A stretch of 64,000 nt of DNA from Polyangiales bacterium (GTDB lineage Bacteria; Myxococcota_A; Polyangia; Polyangiales; JADJQN01): contig CAXNJO010000003.1 in assembly GCA_964202905.1 (NCBI GenBank), positions 160,001-224,000 of the forward strand, given 5' to 3'. Made by a program: the position numbers and the translations under genes. Numbering within the stretch: the first letter of the stretch is position 1; every line of letters starts with the position of its first letter. Below, piece by piece: positions 32,888 to 42,863 of this stretch. Below the pieces are notes generated by a model that was not told the origin of the DNA, ran no database searches, and saw only the letters and a program-made list of their open reading frames with translations.

Positions 32888-35722
32888 TCAGCGCAAACGC
32901 CCCGCCTCCGCGCCCTGCGCGTCGCGCCGCGCGGCACAGAGCCCGATCTCTTCGAGCGTCGTCGCGAGGCTCTGCGGCCCGCCCGGAAGCCGCTCGACGC
33001 GCGGCCCGAAGAACGCCTGCACGCGCGCCCCGCGCGCTGCGTCGCAGAAATTCCTGCCGTAACCCGCGAGTCGGCCGAGCGTCCACTCGGGCACGCGCCC
33101 GGCGAACGCGTCGAACCGCGCCTCGAGCCAATCCCACGCGGCGTCGCGGGTCTCCGGGGCGGCGATCTGCTCGCGCAGCACGAGGCGCACCTCGGTCGCC
33201 GCGAGCCGCGGATCGAGCGCTACTTCGCGCGCACGCGCGGCGCGCGTAGAGTCCGTCGCCGCGCCGAGCGCCGCGAGCAGCCGCGAGCGCACCTCGGGGT
33301 CCTCGCTCGCGAAGACGTGCCGCTGCGCAGCCTCGAACACCGCGTCGTCCCCGTCGTCCACGGCGACCGCGACCGCGAGCTCCGCGAGATCGGCCGCGAC
33401 GGCCTCCGGGTGCAGCGCGCCATCGCCGCCGACGCCGAGGTACGCGCGCCCGCCGCGCGCCACGTCGCGTCGGGCCTGCGGATCGCGCCCGAGCCGCGCG
33501 AGCGCCGACCACACCTCCGCGCGCAGCAACCGCACCTCGCCGTCCTCGCCGGCACGCGGCGTCCAGCCGAGCGCCCGACCGCGCGCGCCATACAGCCGCC
33601 GCACGATGCCCGCGACCCGCGCGCGCGCTGCGGCGTCCGGCGCCGCCTGTCGGAAGAACTCGAGCAGTGAGAGCGGCGCCATCGCCACCGGGCGCGCGGG
33701 ATCCTGCGCGAAGGGCCCGAGCGCCTCGAGGGCCGCCTCCGGGCCGAGCGCCCCGCTCTCGCTCGCCGCGAGGAGTCCGTCGGCGATCGCCGCCCGCTCC
33801 CGCATCGCGAGCCGCGCGAGCCCACGCGCGCGCGTCCCGGCGAGCGTCGCCGCGTCGAGCGAGGCCTGGTAATAGCCCGCCCCGCCTGCGTTCGGGGCGA
33901 TCCAGTCCGGGCACCCGCCGGACAGCGGCGGGAGCGCGAGCGAGCCCGTCGGCCCCTCGAGCAGCGTGCACGCCTCGCCCGAGGTCTCCCCGCGCCCGTA
34001 GCGGACGCACACCGGCACCTGCCAGAGCGCGTCCCCGGTCGCCGTCGAGCCGAGCCGCGTCGCGCGGCGTTGCGCGAGCGCGAGCGTCGTCGCGCCCCCC
34101 TCGCAGCGCGCCGTCATCGACACCGCGGGTGCGCCGACCTGATCGAGGAACGTCGCGAACGGTGCGCGCACGTCGCGTCCGGCCGCGCGGGAGAGCGCAC
34201 CGAGCAGCTCGTCCGCGGTGGCGGTGCCGAACCGGTGCGCGGCGAGATGCGCACGGACACCCTCACGGAAGATGGCGTCGCCGACCCAGCGCTCGAACAT
34301 GCCGATGACCGCGCCACCCTTCGAATACGTGATTCCGTCGAACGCCGCGTGGATGTCGTGGTGGCTGGTGATGGGCTGCCGGATGCGCCGCGCGCTCGCG
34401 CGGGAGTCGACGTGCATGGCCTCGCGCCACTCGTCGAGACGCGCCTCGTCGGCGCCGAGCGTCGGCGCGACCTCGGCCACGATCCGCGACGCCATCCAGG
34501 TCGCGAAGGCCTCGTTGAGCCAGAGGTCGTCCCACCAGGCCATCGTCACGAGGTTGCCGAACCACTGGTGCGCGAGCTCGTGCGCGATCGTGTTCTCGGA
34601 GTCGCGCCGCTGCGACTCCGGCGCCGACGCCCCGTCGACGAGGAGCAACCGCTCGTGGAAGGTCACGAGCCCCGCGTTCTCCATCGCGCCGGGGAAGTCC
34701 TCGATCGCGACGAAGTCGAGCTTCGTGTAGGGATACGCGACGCCGAAATACGACTCGAGCGCCGCGAGGATCGCGGGCACGCGCGACATCGCGTAGCCGA
34801 CCTTCGCGCCACGGCCGCGCATCGCGAGAACACGGAAGGGCAGCGGCGCGCCGCGCACCGCGTTCGCCGGGATGGACGCGCCCTCGACCACGTCGAGCGG
34901 TCCGACCGCGAAGGCGACGAGGTACGCCGGCAGCGGCGGCGTCGGCTCGAAGACGAGCGTGCGCACCCCCGCCGCGGCGCCGGTCTCGGATGCGACGCGC
35001 GCGTTCGACGCGGCGACGTCGCCCTGCGCCACCGTGAGGCGCACGGTGTACGGCACCTTGAACGCGGGCTCGTCGAACCCCGGGAACGCCGTGCGCGCGC
35101 TGATCGGCTCGAACTGCGAGAACACGTAGGCGTCGCTGCCCTGCGTGACCTTGAAGAGGCCATCCCCCCCGTCGAGGAAGGGCGCCGTCCACGCGAGCGA
35201 GAGCGTCACCGCGCCCGGCTGCACGTCGCAGGGGAACGTCACCCGCGCGACGCCCGTCTCGTGCACCTGCTCGTAGCGGCCGCGCTGCCGGCCTCCGGCG
35301 GAGACGAGCTCCACGCCGGACACGTCGAGGCCCTTGCCGTGGAGCCAGATCACGCGGCGCGCACGGCGCACCTCGAGCGCGATCGTCGTCTCGCCCGAGA
35401 AGCGCGGCGCGCGCGGATCGATCGCGAGCGAGAGCGCGACCTCCGTGGGGGTGACGTCGCGACCGAGCGGCCCGGTAGGCACCGCCTCCGCGAGCGTGGC
35501 CACGCCGGGCGCGCCCTCTTCGCAGCCCGCGGGCGCTGCGGCCGCGTCGCCGACCGCGCGCGTGCTCGATGCGGAATGCGCGGCCGATGCCGCACCGCAG
35601 CCCGACGCCGACACCACGACGAGCAGCGCGGTGACGACGCGGAGCGGGCCTTGCAGTGCTGCGCGGACCAGGCGGGAGACGGGAGACGACGGGCGGGCGG
35701 AGACGCGCGGGCGGGGCGACAT
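32888..35722 (-). CDS. M1 family aminopeptidase (PepN/ERAP1-like), probable lipoprotein
   Basis: SQFEP..AR.AFP.FDEP, GAMEN, HELAHQWFGNLVT..WWDDLWLNE, ITYSKG. Confidence 0.93.
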   Translation of the reverse strand: MSPRPRVSARPSSPVSRLVRAALQGPLRVVTALLVVVSASGCGAASAAHSASSTRAVGDAAAAPAGCEEGAPGVATLAEAVPTGPLGRDVTPTEVALSLAIDPRAPRFSGETTIALEVRRARRVIWLHGKGLDVSGVELVSAGGRQRGRYEQVHETGVARVTFPCDVQPGAVTLSLAWTAPFLDGGDGLFKVTQGSDAYVFSQFEPISARTAFPGFDEPAFKVPYTVRLTVAQGDVAASNARVASETGAAAGVRTLVFEPTPPLPAYLVAFAVGPLDVVEGASIPANAVRGAPLPFRVLAMRGRGAKVGYAMSRVPAILAALESYFGVAYPYTKLDFVAIEDFPGAMENAGLVTFHERLLLVDGASAPESQRRDSENTIAHELAHQWFGNLVTMAWWDDLWLNEAFATWMASRIVAEVAPTLGADEARLDEWREAMHVDSRASARRIRQPITSHHDIHAAFDGITYSKGGAVIGMFERWVGDAIFREGVRAHLAAHRFGTATADELLGALSRAAGRDVRAPFATFLDQVGAPAVSMTARCEGGATTLALAQRRATRLGSTATGDALWQVPVCVRYGRGETSGEACTLLEGPTGSLALPPLSGGCPDWIAPNAGGAGYYQASLDAATLAGTRARGLARLAMRERAAIADGLLAASESGALGPEAALEALGPFAQDPARPVAMAPLSLLEFFRQAAPDAAARARVAGIVRRLYGARGRALGWTPRAGEDGEVRLLRAEVWSALARLGRDPQARRDVARGGRAYLGVGGDGALHPEAVAADLAELAVAVAVDDGDDAVFEAAQRHVFASEDPEVRSRLLAALGAATDSTRAARAREVALDPRLAATEVRLVLREQIAAPETRDAAWDWLEARFDAFAGRVPEWTLGRLAGYGRNFCDAARGARVQAFFGPRVERLPGGPQSLATTLEEIGLCAARRDAQGAEAGRLR

Positions 35723-35769
35723 GGCGCGGTTGTGGATCGCCGCGCGGCGCGGCGCTCGCGGCGCGTCCG

Positions 35770-36432
35770 TCAGCGAAAGCGCACCCGCTGCCGCTTCGCC
35801 TGCGCGCGCTCGGCCTCCGTACCGGCCTCGTATTTCGCCGAAAAATAGGGCTTTTTCGTGCCACCGAGGCGACCGCCGGGCACCTTGCCGAAGGTCACGC
35901 CGCGGAAGGGGCGCACCGCCTTCACCGTGTCGGGCGTGAGGAAGATCTCGTAGGGGCCCGCGAGGTCCTCGCCGAGCTTCGCGGCGAAGTTCACCTCGAC
36001 GCCGAAGACGTCCTCGTCGCCGAGTTTGAGGATGTCGCCGTAGCCGAGGCCGCAGCCGAGGTAGAGGCGATCGGGCTCGGCCGCGCCGAGGTTGTGCGTG
36101 TGGAGCGCGCGCTGCATCGCGACGCACGCCGCGAGCGCCGAGCGCGGATCGCGGAACAGCACGAGCTGCGAGTCGGCGATGTCCTTCAACACGAAGCCCG
36201 CGTGTGCCTCGACGATCGGATTCGTGATCTTGCGCAGCTGGTGCATGAGGACGAGGAACGGAACGATCCCCGTGCGCGCGGCGCGCCGCGAGAAGCCGGC
36301 CATGTCCGTGAACAGCACGCACCAGCGCTCGCCGAAGAGCTGCCAAACGCGCGCGTCGAGCGCCTCGACGTCCGCGCCGGGCGCGAGCCGCTGCTCGAGC
36401 AGCGCCGAGAGTGTCTGTGTCGAGCGTCCCAT
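35770..36432 (-). CDS. Stand-alone class III nucleotide cyclase domain protein
   Basis: VLFTDMAGFS, LKDIADS, G.GYG, DVFGVEVNFAAKL. Confidence 0.82.
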   Translation of the reverse strand: MGRSTQTLSALLEQRLAPGADVEALDARVWQLFGERWCVLFTDMAGFSRRAARTGIVPFLVLMHQLRKITNPIVEAHAGFVLKDIADSQLVLFRDPRSALAACVAMQRALHTHNLGAAEPDRLYLGCGLGYGDILKLGDEDVFGVEVNFAAKLGEDLAGPYEIFLTPDTVKAVRPFRGVTFGKVPGGRLGGTKKPYFSAKYEAGTEAERAQAKRQRVRFR

Positions 36433-36581
36433 CGCCTCTGACTCCTCTCCCGCGCGGGGGCTGCGGGTCGCGCGATGCTAGCCGCTGGGGCGGCTCCGCG
36501 GCCACCTCGATGCGCGGCGACGAGCCTTCCCTCCGGCGCGCGCCGTGGTGTATGTCCCGAAGCGCGGGGGAGGAGCAGGCC

Positions 36582-37064
36582 ATGAGCACGTCGGCGAACC
36601 AGGGCGCGGGGCAAGAGGAGTTCGAGCGGGCGCGGCGGATCGTCGAGTCCGTGCTGCGGGATCTCGGACTCGACCCGGATCGGTCGCACCTCGCGACGAC
36701 CGACGGCTCGACGGCGTGGACGCTTCAGCGCGGCAGCGCGGAGGTGCTCGTCTTCCTGAACCCGCCGCGCGCGAGGAGCCCGAGCTTCGTGCGCGTCGTC
36801 TCGCCCATCTGGCGGCTGCCCACCGAGAATCAGTCCGCGGTGTTCCGTCGCCTGCTCGAGATGAACGCGCTCGATCTCTTCGGCGCCGCGTTCGGCCTGA
36901 TGGGCGAGGACGCCGTGCTCGTGTCCGAGCGCGCGACGCGCGACCTGGATCGCAGCGAGGTCGAGGAGCTGCTGCAGAACATCGGCGCCGCCGCCGACTA
37001 CTTCGACGATTGGCTCGTCACGCAGTTCGGCGGGGCCCGCCTCGCGGATCTGCGCGCGGTCTGA
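36582..37064 (+). CDS. YbjN / type III chaperone-like domain protein
   Basis: GGAGGAG RBS; W...RGSA.V, RRLLEMN, AFGL, ADYFDD.L; small acidic protein. Confidence 0.72.
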   Translation: MSTSANQGAGQEEFERARRIVESVLRDLGLDPDRSHLATTDGSTAWTLQRGSAEVLVFLNPPRARSPSFVRVVSPIWRLPTENQSAVFRRLLEMNALDLFGAAFGLMGEDAVLVSERATRDLDRSEVEELLQNIGAAADYFDDWLVTQFGGARLADLRAV

Positions 37065-37154
37065 CGATGCGGGGCCCGCGCCGCGCGGTGTGAAGGCCGC
37101 CGGAGAGGCGCTCGACGCCCGGCGCGCTCGGCCGCGGACGTGCACGAGGCGCGC

Positions 37155-37766
37155 TCAGCGTGGCGCCGCCGCATAGCGCAGCGCCCACACCGGCGGTCCG
37201 TCGCCGGGCAGGACGATCCGATTGACCACGCGGAAGCCCGCGCGCTCGTAGAACGCGACGTTCGCGGGCACCGACGTCTCGACGTGCGCGGGGACGCCGT
37301 CGGACTCGGCGCGTGCGAGGCCATCCGCGAGCAGCGCAGCGCCCGCCCCCTGCCGCTGCGCGTCGGGATCGACGCCGAGCAGCGCGAGGTGCCAGTGCGG
37401 GACGCGCGGCCGGAGCGCCTCCATGCGCTCGGCCCCTTCGCTGACGACCCCGAGCCGCGCCAACCCCACGAAGGACAGCGTCTGCGGAAGCATCGCCACC
37501 TGCGCGCTCACCGAGGGCGGCCACGCGCCCGGCGGCACCCACGCCGCGACCCCCGTCGGCGATTGCGTCGCGAACGCGCCGCCGCGGGCCACGCTCACGC
37601 GGCGCAGCATCAGGTCGAAGTACGCCGCAGCGCGCATCTCGCGGCCCGGCCCGCCGCGCACCACCCACGCGACGAACGGATCGTCGCGGAAGGCGCGCGC
37701 GAGCACCTCGAGCAACGCGGGGATCTGCGCGACCTCCACCGGGCGCACCACGGGATGCATGCTCAT
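37155..37766 (-). CDS. GNAT family N-acetyltransferase
   Basis: LARAFRDDP, HWHLALLGVDP..QRQGAG, NVAFYERAGF; ATGA coupled to the upstream gene. Confidence 0.9.
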   Translation of the reverse strand: MSMHPVVRPVEVAQIPALLEVLARAFRDDPFVAWVVRGGPGREMRAAAYFDLMLRRVSVARGGAFATQSPTGVAAWVPPGAWPPSVSAQVAMLPQTLSFVGLARLGVVSEGAERMEALRPRVPHWHLALLGVDPDAQRQGAGAALLADGLARAESDGVPAHVETSVPANVAFYERAGFRVVNRIVLPGDGPPVWALRYAAAPR

Positions 37767-39733
37767 CCCGGGCCGGGGCAGCGCCACTCGACGCCGATCC
37801 GCTCGACGCGCGGAGCGCCGTCGGTCGCGTCGGTCTCGAGCTGCACGAGCACCTCGAGCACGCCGCCCTCAGGGAACGCGAGCGCCCACGGCGGCGCGGC
37901 GTCGCCCGGGACCAAGCCGAGCACGGCGAAGGACGCGGCCTCGAGCGCGCCCGGCTCGGCGGCGTGCCGCACCGACACGCGCACGCGCGACGCGGCGCCG
38001 TTGCGCACCACGGCGTGCAGCGCGGTCCAGCGCGTCCCGCCGTCCGGACAGCCCGCGAAGACGCGCCGCGCCTCCCCCTCGGCGACGAAGCCGCCGCGAA
38101 GCGTGGCGCCCGTCAGATCGCCCTGCGAATGCGGCGCGAAGCCCACCGCGACCCGCGCATCGGGCTCCCACGCGCTCCCGGACATCGGCTCCGCGGGCAG
38201 CCGCGTCGCGACGCCGAGCTCTCCCGGCGCGCCGCCCGTCGCGACCGTCCACACATGACCGAGCGTGTCGAGCGCGACACCGATCGGCTCGCTCGGCGTG
38301 AGCCCACCCGACGCGAGCGACACCGTCTCGACGCGCCGCAGCGAATCCCCCGCACGCGTGAAGCGCGAGAGCGTCCCGCCCGTGTGCGTGACCCACGCAT
38401 TTCCCGCCGGATCGAGCGCGATCCCGCGCGGACTCGGCTCCGTCGCGAGGGTCCGCCAGACCTCGCTCGCTGGGTCGTAGAGCACGATTTGATCGCAGGA
38501 AAACCCGGTCATCGCGAGCCGCCCCCACGCGTCCCCGTCGAGCGCGTAGAGCAGATAACAGGGCAGCGGCGCCTCGACGATGGACACGGGCGGCACCACG
38601 CCGGGCGCGTCCCCGCTCCGGCGGTCGATCCGCGCGAGTCGCCCCTCGCGCTCGGCCACCCACACCGTGCCCCACGCGTCCACGTGCGCCGCGTAGGGCT
38701 GCACCCCGGGTACGGCGACCTCCGTGCGGACCGCGCCTGTGATCCCGTCGAGCTCGATCACGCGCTCGCCGTCGTGCAGCCCCACCCACGCGTCGCCCCC
38801 GGAGACGCCGTCGAGCCCTCGATCGCCGTCGATCGCGAGCGCGCGCGGCACCTCTCCGGTCAGCCCCACCGGCACGGTGAAGAGCACGCACTCGTCGGCG
38901 CCCGCGTCGAGCACCTCGCCCGGCCCGCCCGAGGTCGTGATCGCGCCGTCGCCATCGCGATCCACGCAGCGCGCGCGCTCTCCCGCGATCTTCGTGACGC
39001 TGCCCTGCGCGTCGAACGCGCGGTTCGCGACCCACACGTCGCCCGCGTAGTCGACGGCGACGCGGCTCGGCGAGTCGCCACCCGTCCGATAGCGCGCGAC
39101 CTCTCGCGCGCTCGCCGCGTCGATCTTCGAGAGCGTGTCGTCCCCCGTGTTCGCTGCCCACAACGTCGCGGAGACCCGCGTCTCCCGCGCGAGCGTGAGC
39201 AGGCCCTCGGGCGAGACGTCGAGCCCGCCCCCCGCCTCGAACGGCGCGTCACTCTCGCCCCACACGCCGCCCTCGCAGCTCGGATCGCACCCGCCGCACG
39301 GGCTCCGCACACCGTCGTCGACGCGGCCATCGCAGTCCTGATCGGCGCCGTCGCAGGTCTCACCGCGCGGCGCGACCTCGCCACGACACAACCCCCAGGT
39401 GCCGTTCACGCACGCGGCGCGCCCGCTGCGGCAAGGCCCGACGCCGATCGTCTCCGCAGGCCCCGCGTAGCACTCGACGAGCGCGCCGCCGAGACACGGG
39501 CACCCCGTCGCGAGCGGCGTCGCCCGACAGTCGGGGGGCGGGAAGCGATCGCAGTCCGTGATGCGCGCGGCGTTGCGGTCGTCGCAGTCCGGCCCGCGCG
39601 TGCAGCCCGCGCCGAAGGAGTCGCCGTCGAGATCGACGCACGCGGGCGCATCTCCACCGCAGCCCCCGAAGATCCCCGCGAAGAGGACCGCCGCGGCTGC
39701 CCACGCCGACGACCTCGCGCGGTGCGCACGCAC
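37763..39733 (-). CDS. Cys-rich lipoprotein with a C-terminal beta-propeller (Vgb/NHL-like)
   Basis: Lipobox FGGC; DLDGD and ETCDGADQDCDGRVDD repeats; WAANT..LSKID, PSRVAVD..GDVWVANR, PRGIALD..G.AWV; start uncertain (ORF extends to 39823). Confidence 0.72.
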   Translation of the reverse strand: MRAHRARSSAWAAAAVLFAGIFGGCGGDAPACVDLDGDSFGAGCTRGPDCDDRNAARITDCDRFPPPDCRATPLATGCPCLGGALVECYAGPAETIGVGPCRSGRAACVNGTWGLCRGEVAPRGETCDGADQDCDGRVDDGVRSPCGGCDPSCEGGVWGESDAPFEAGGGLDVSPEGLLTLARETRVSATLWAANTGDDTLSKIDAASAREVARYRTGGDSPSRVAVDYAGDVWVANRAFDAQGSVTKIAGERARCVDRDGDGAITTSGGPGEVLDAGADECVLFTVPVGLTGEVPRALAIDGDRGLDGVSGGDAWVGLHDGERVIELDGITGAVRTEVAVPGVQPYAAHVDAWGTVWVAEREGRLARIDRRSGDAPGVVPPVSIVEAPLPCYLLYALDGDAWGRLAMTGFSCDQIVLYDPASEVWRTLATEPSPRGIALDPAGNAWVTHTGGTLSRFTRAGDSLRRVETVSLASGGLTPSEPIGVALDTLGHVWTVATGGAPGELGVATRLPAEPMSGSAWEPDARVAVGFAPHSQGDLTGATLRGGFVAEGEARRVFAGCPDGGTRWTALHAVVRNGAASRVRVSVRHAAEPGALEAASFAVLGLVPGDAAPPWALAFPEGGVLEVLVQLETDATDGAPRVERIGVEWRCPGPG

Positions 39734-39858
39734 GGCGGCGACGGTAGCACGCGGCGTCCGCGGGCATGCACGCGCGCGACACGGCGCACCGAGGCGCGCC
39801 GCCTGGCGCATCGCCTCGCGCATTGATGGTCGCGCGCCCCTGCGCTACCCCGGCTGGC

Positions 39859-40935
39859 GTGAAGATCCTCGTCACGGGCGCGAGCGGCTTCGTCGGGGGC
39901 GCTGTGGTCGCGCGCCTCGTCGCCGCGGGGGACGAGGTGCACGCGCTCGTGCGACGCGAAGAAGACGCCCGGCGCATCGAGGAGGCGGGCGCACGCCCAT
40001 TTTTGGGGGGGCTCGGCGACCCGAACGAGATCGCCGCCGCCGCGCGCGGCTGCAAGCTCGCGGTGCACGCCGCGGCCGTCGCGTCGCACCGCGCATCGCC
40101 GCACGCGCTGCGCTGGACGAACGTCGCCGGCACCGAAAACCTGCTCCGCGCTGCACGCCACGTCGGCGTCGCGCGCGTCGTCTGCGTGTCGTGCGCGGAC
40201 GTGACGCTCGGGGGCGAGGATCGCCACGGCTGGAACGAGGACCGCGTCGCACAGCGGCCGCTGCTCGACGAGCACGCGCGCTCGCGGCGCCTCGCCGAGG
40301 ACCTCGCGCTCTCGTCCGCGGGCCTCGAGGTCTGCGCCCTGCGACCGCCCTTCGTCTGGGGCGCCGGGGACACCGGGACGCTGCCCCACCTCTGCGCCGA
40401 GGGACTCGCGACGCGCGGGCTCGCTCTCTTCGGCGACGGCCGCAACGTCGTCGCCTCGCTGCACGTCGAGAACCTCGCCGACGCCGTACTCGCCGCGCTC
40501 GAGGCCGGTGACGTCGCGGGGCGCGTGTGGCACGTCGCCGACGCCGAGTTCCTCGACGCAAGCGAGTTCTTCGGGATGTTCTCGCGGGCCTGCGGGCTCC
40601 CGCCGCCGCGCCCGGGCCGCGCGCCGCTCGCGCTCTCCTTCGCCGCCGCGCGGGTCCGCGCCGCGCTCGGTGCCCAGGGGCCCTGGCCCACCGACGTCGC
40701 GCGCCGCGCCCTCCCCTGTCAGCTCGATGTCTCGCGCGCGACGCGCGATCTCGGCTGGAGCGCGCGCGTCTCCGTCGACGAGGGGATGCGCGCCCTCGCC
40801 GCATGGGTCGAGGCGCAGGGCGGTCCCGCCGCGCTCGCCGCCCGCGTGCGCCCCCCCGCGGACGACGCCTCGGTGGCCGCGCAGATCCACGCCGCGCAGA
40901 TCCCCGCCGCGCGGCCCCCAGCTGCCGGCCCCTGA
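39859..40935 (+). CDS. NAD-dependent epimerase/dehydratase (extended SDR, 3-beta-HSD-like)
   Basis: KILVTGASGFVG, VHAAA, NVAGTENL, LRPPFVWG. Confidence 0.85.
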   Translation: MKILVTGASGFVGGAVVARLVAAGDEVHALVRREEDARRIEEAGARPFLGGLGDPNEIAAAARGCKLAVHAAAVASHRASPHALRWTNVAGTENLLRAARHVGVARVVCVSCADVTLGGEDRHGWNEDRVAQRPLLDEHARSRRLAEDLALSSAGLEVCALRPPFVWGAGDTGTLPHLCAEGLATRGLALFGDGRNVVASLHVENLADAVLAALEAGDVAGRVWHVADAEFLDASEFFGMFSRACGLPPPRPGRAPLALSFAAARVRAALGAQGPWPTDVARRALPCQLDVSRATRDLGWSARVSVDEGMRALAAWVEAQGGPAALAARVRPPADDASVAAQIHAAQIPAARPPAAGP

Positions 40936-40990
40936 CCGCCCCGCGCGCTGCGCCCTCCGCCGAGCGCGCGTGGCGCGCCCCGCGGCGGCC

Positions 40991-41839
40991 TCAGCTCTTT
41001 TCGAGCAGCCCGCGCAGCGTGGACGGCTCGACCTCGTAGTTCGCCCCGCAGTAGTCGCACCCGATCTCGAGGAGCTCGTCCGCGTCGATGAGCGAGCGCA
41101 ATTCCCCGGCGCTCAGTGTGCCGAGGCTCGCGACGACCCGCACGTGGCTGCACTGGCACGCGAAGCGCAGCGGGCGCTCCTCGAGCGTCGTGTACGGCAT
41201 GCCGTAGAGCAACTCCTCGAGCAGCGTGGCGGGCGTCATGGACGCGCGCAGGAGGGGCTCCATCGAGGTGAAGTCGCGCAGCCGCTCCGTCATCACGGCG
41301 AGCACGCGCTCGTCGACCTCGGGCAGGAGCTGCACGATGAAGCCGCCGGCGGCCTGCACCTCGCCCGCCTCGATGAGCGTCCCCACCGCGACGATCGAAA
41401 AGACCTGCTCGCTGTCGTGCATGTACTGCATGAGCGCGCCGCTGATGCCCGTGTCCGCGGGCACCTCGACGATGCCCGTGTGCAGCGTCCCGTTCGACAG
41501 CGTGCGCATCATCTGCAGCAGCGCGCCCTCGCCGAAGCGCACGTCGCTGCGCCCGCTCGGCATCGACACGAGGCCGCGCGTCGCGCCATCCGGGAACGAG
41601 TCCGCGACGAAGCGGCCCGAGCCGTCGGCACCCTTCAGCAGCCCCTGCACGCGCAGCCCCGGCGACATCGTCTCGCGCACGATCACCGCGCCGGTGAGCA
41701 TGTCGGCAAAGCGCGAGGCCACGTCGCCGGCGGTCTTCTGCGCGGCGATCGCGGCACGCACGGTGTCGGTCGTCCGGGCCGTGATCACGCGGAAGGCGCC
41801 ATCGTCGGTGATCGCGCGGAGGAGGGTGTCGCTCGACAT
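40991..41839 (-). CDS. hslO: Hsp33 redox-regulated chaperone
   Basis: Y..DSEQ, AAGGFIVQLLP, and C-terminal CQC...CDYC zinc motif. Confidence 0.92.
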   Translation of the reverse strand: MSSDTLLRAITDDGAFRVITARTTDTVRAAIAAQKTAGDVASRFADMLTGAVIVRETMSPGLRVQGLLKGADGSGRFVADSFPDGATRGLVSMPSGRSDVRFGEGALLQMMRTLSNGTLHTGIVEVPADTGISGALMQYMHDSEQVFSIVAVGTLIEAGEVQAAGGFIVQLLPEVDERVLAVMTERLRDFTSMEPLLRASMTPATLLEELLYGMPYTTLEERPLRFACQCSHVRVVASLGTLSAGELRSLIDADELLEIGCDYCGANYEVEPSTLRGLLEKS

Positions 41840-42066
41840 GGCCGCGAGTCTTAGGCCGCGCGCCTTGCGCCCGCCACCTCCTCGGCGCGCCCAACCACCC
41901 CGCGGCAGCACCCCGCCCCCGCAGGCAGCCCGCGACGCCGCGGGTCCCGAGACCGCTGACGAAACGGCCCCTCGACGGGGCCACGACCCATGGGCCGATC
42001 GACGGCACGACGGGCGTCGAGGCGCCGATCGACGGCACATCGACCGAGGCTCATCCCCCCGATGCG

Positions 42067-42170
42067 GACGAAGGAAGGCCCCGCCACACGCTGATCACCG
42101 CGACCGTTGCTCCCTTCCGGGCCTGGCGGGTTTTGCGGGCCAGCGTTGGCGGGGCCATGGGTACTTCGTC
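42067..42170 (-). ncRNA. ffs: Signal recognition particle RNA (small bacterial SRP, 4.5S type)
   Basis: Minus strand contains the helix-8 core CCGCCAGGCCCGGAAGGGAGCAACGG, closed by GGCCCCGCCA/TGGCGGGGCC and GACGAAG/CTTCGTC; ends approximate. Confidence 0.92.
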
Positions 42171-42172
42171 GA

Positions 42173-42236
42173 TTGCAGCCTACGAGATCCGCAGCCTACG
42201 GGAACTGCAGCCTACTGGAACTGCAGCCTACGCGAG
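42173..42236. repeat. 16-bp tandem repeat, 4 copies (core GCAGCCTAC)
   Basis: ttgcagcctacgagat / ccgcagcctacgggaa / ctgcagcctactggaa / ctgcagcctacgcgag. Confidence 0.9.
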
Positions 42237-42307
42237 CAGAGACAGGCTAGTGCCTTTGCGGCGCGGAGGCCAACGATCCTTGCGTTCCCCGGTCGGCATC
42301 CGGGGCC

Positions 42308-42333
42308 GGAACCCGGCGATCAGCCCGGGTTCC
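42308..42333 (-). terminator. Hairpin immediately 3' of tRNA-Ser(GGA)
   Basis: GGAACCCGG-N8-CCGGGTTCC perfect 9-bp inverted repeat; no U-tract. Confidence 0.45.
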
Positions 42334-42335
42334 AC

Positions 42336-42425
<90 letters not shown>

Positions 42426-42594
42426 GGGAGGCCTGCTTCAGCCGTACTGCCCGAACGATCCACGCCGCTGCCGCGCGGACCCGAGTTCACTGCGACGTCC
42501 CTGCGGCAGCGACCCGACCTTCGATCCCCCCGACCTTCGGGCCGGCGCTTCCCACACCGGACCGGGGGATCCTGCTGCGCCGCGAACGACCTCT

Positions 42595-42710
42595 TCGAAC
42601 CACCTGCCTCGAACCACCTGCCTCGAACCACCTGCCTCGAACCACCCGCCTCGCAGCACCCGCCGCGACCTGCACACCCGCCGCGACCTGCACACCCGGC
42701 GCGACCTGCA
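42595..42710. repeat. Composite tandem repeats: 14 bp x4 then 18 bp x3
   Basis: (tcgaaccacctgcc)x4 at 42595-42650 and (cacccgccgcgacctgca)x3 at 42657-42710; the last copy of each carries one substitution. Confidence 0.92.
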
Positions 42711-42735
42711 CATCACCGACGACCCACGAACTCGG

Positions 42736-42822
42736 AGGAGAGCAAGGGATTCGAACCCTTGGTACCCTTGCGGGCACTCTTGATTTCGAATCAAGCGCCT
42801 TCGACCACTCGGCCAGCTCTCC
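42736..42822 (-). tRNA. tRNA-Ser(CGA)
   Basis: GGAGAGC acceptor stem, anticodon arm CTTGA-TT-CGA-AA-TCAAG, long variable arm; CCA not encoded. Confidence 0.96.
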
Positions 42823-42835
42823 GCATGAGCGCGCG

Positions 42836-42863
42836 ACGGTAGCAGAGCGCGCCACGCTGTCAA
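42836..42863 (-). promoter_or_regulatory. Sigma70-type promoter of tRNA-Ser(CGA)
   Basis: TTGACA-N16-TACCGT; the -35 box contains the tadA TGA stop. Confidence 0.7.

Noticed and set aside
42733..42822. tRNA-Ser(CGA) as a pseudo-tRNA (U discriminator, no CCA)
   Set aside because: The cloverleaf is intact, it has its own promoter, and most tRNAs here also lack an encoded CCA.
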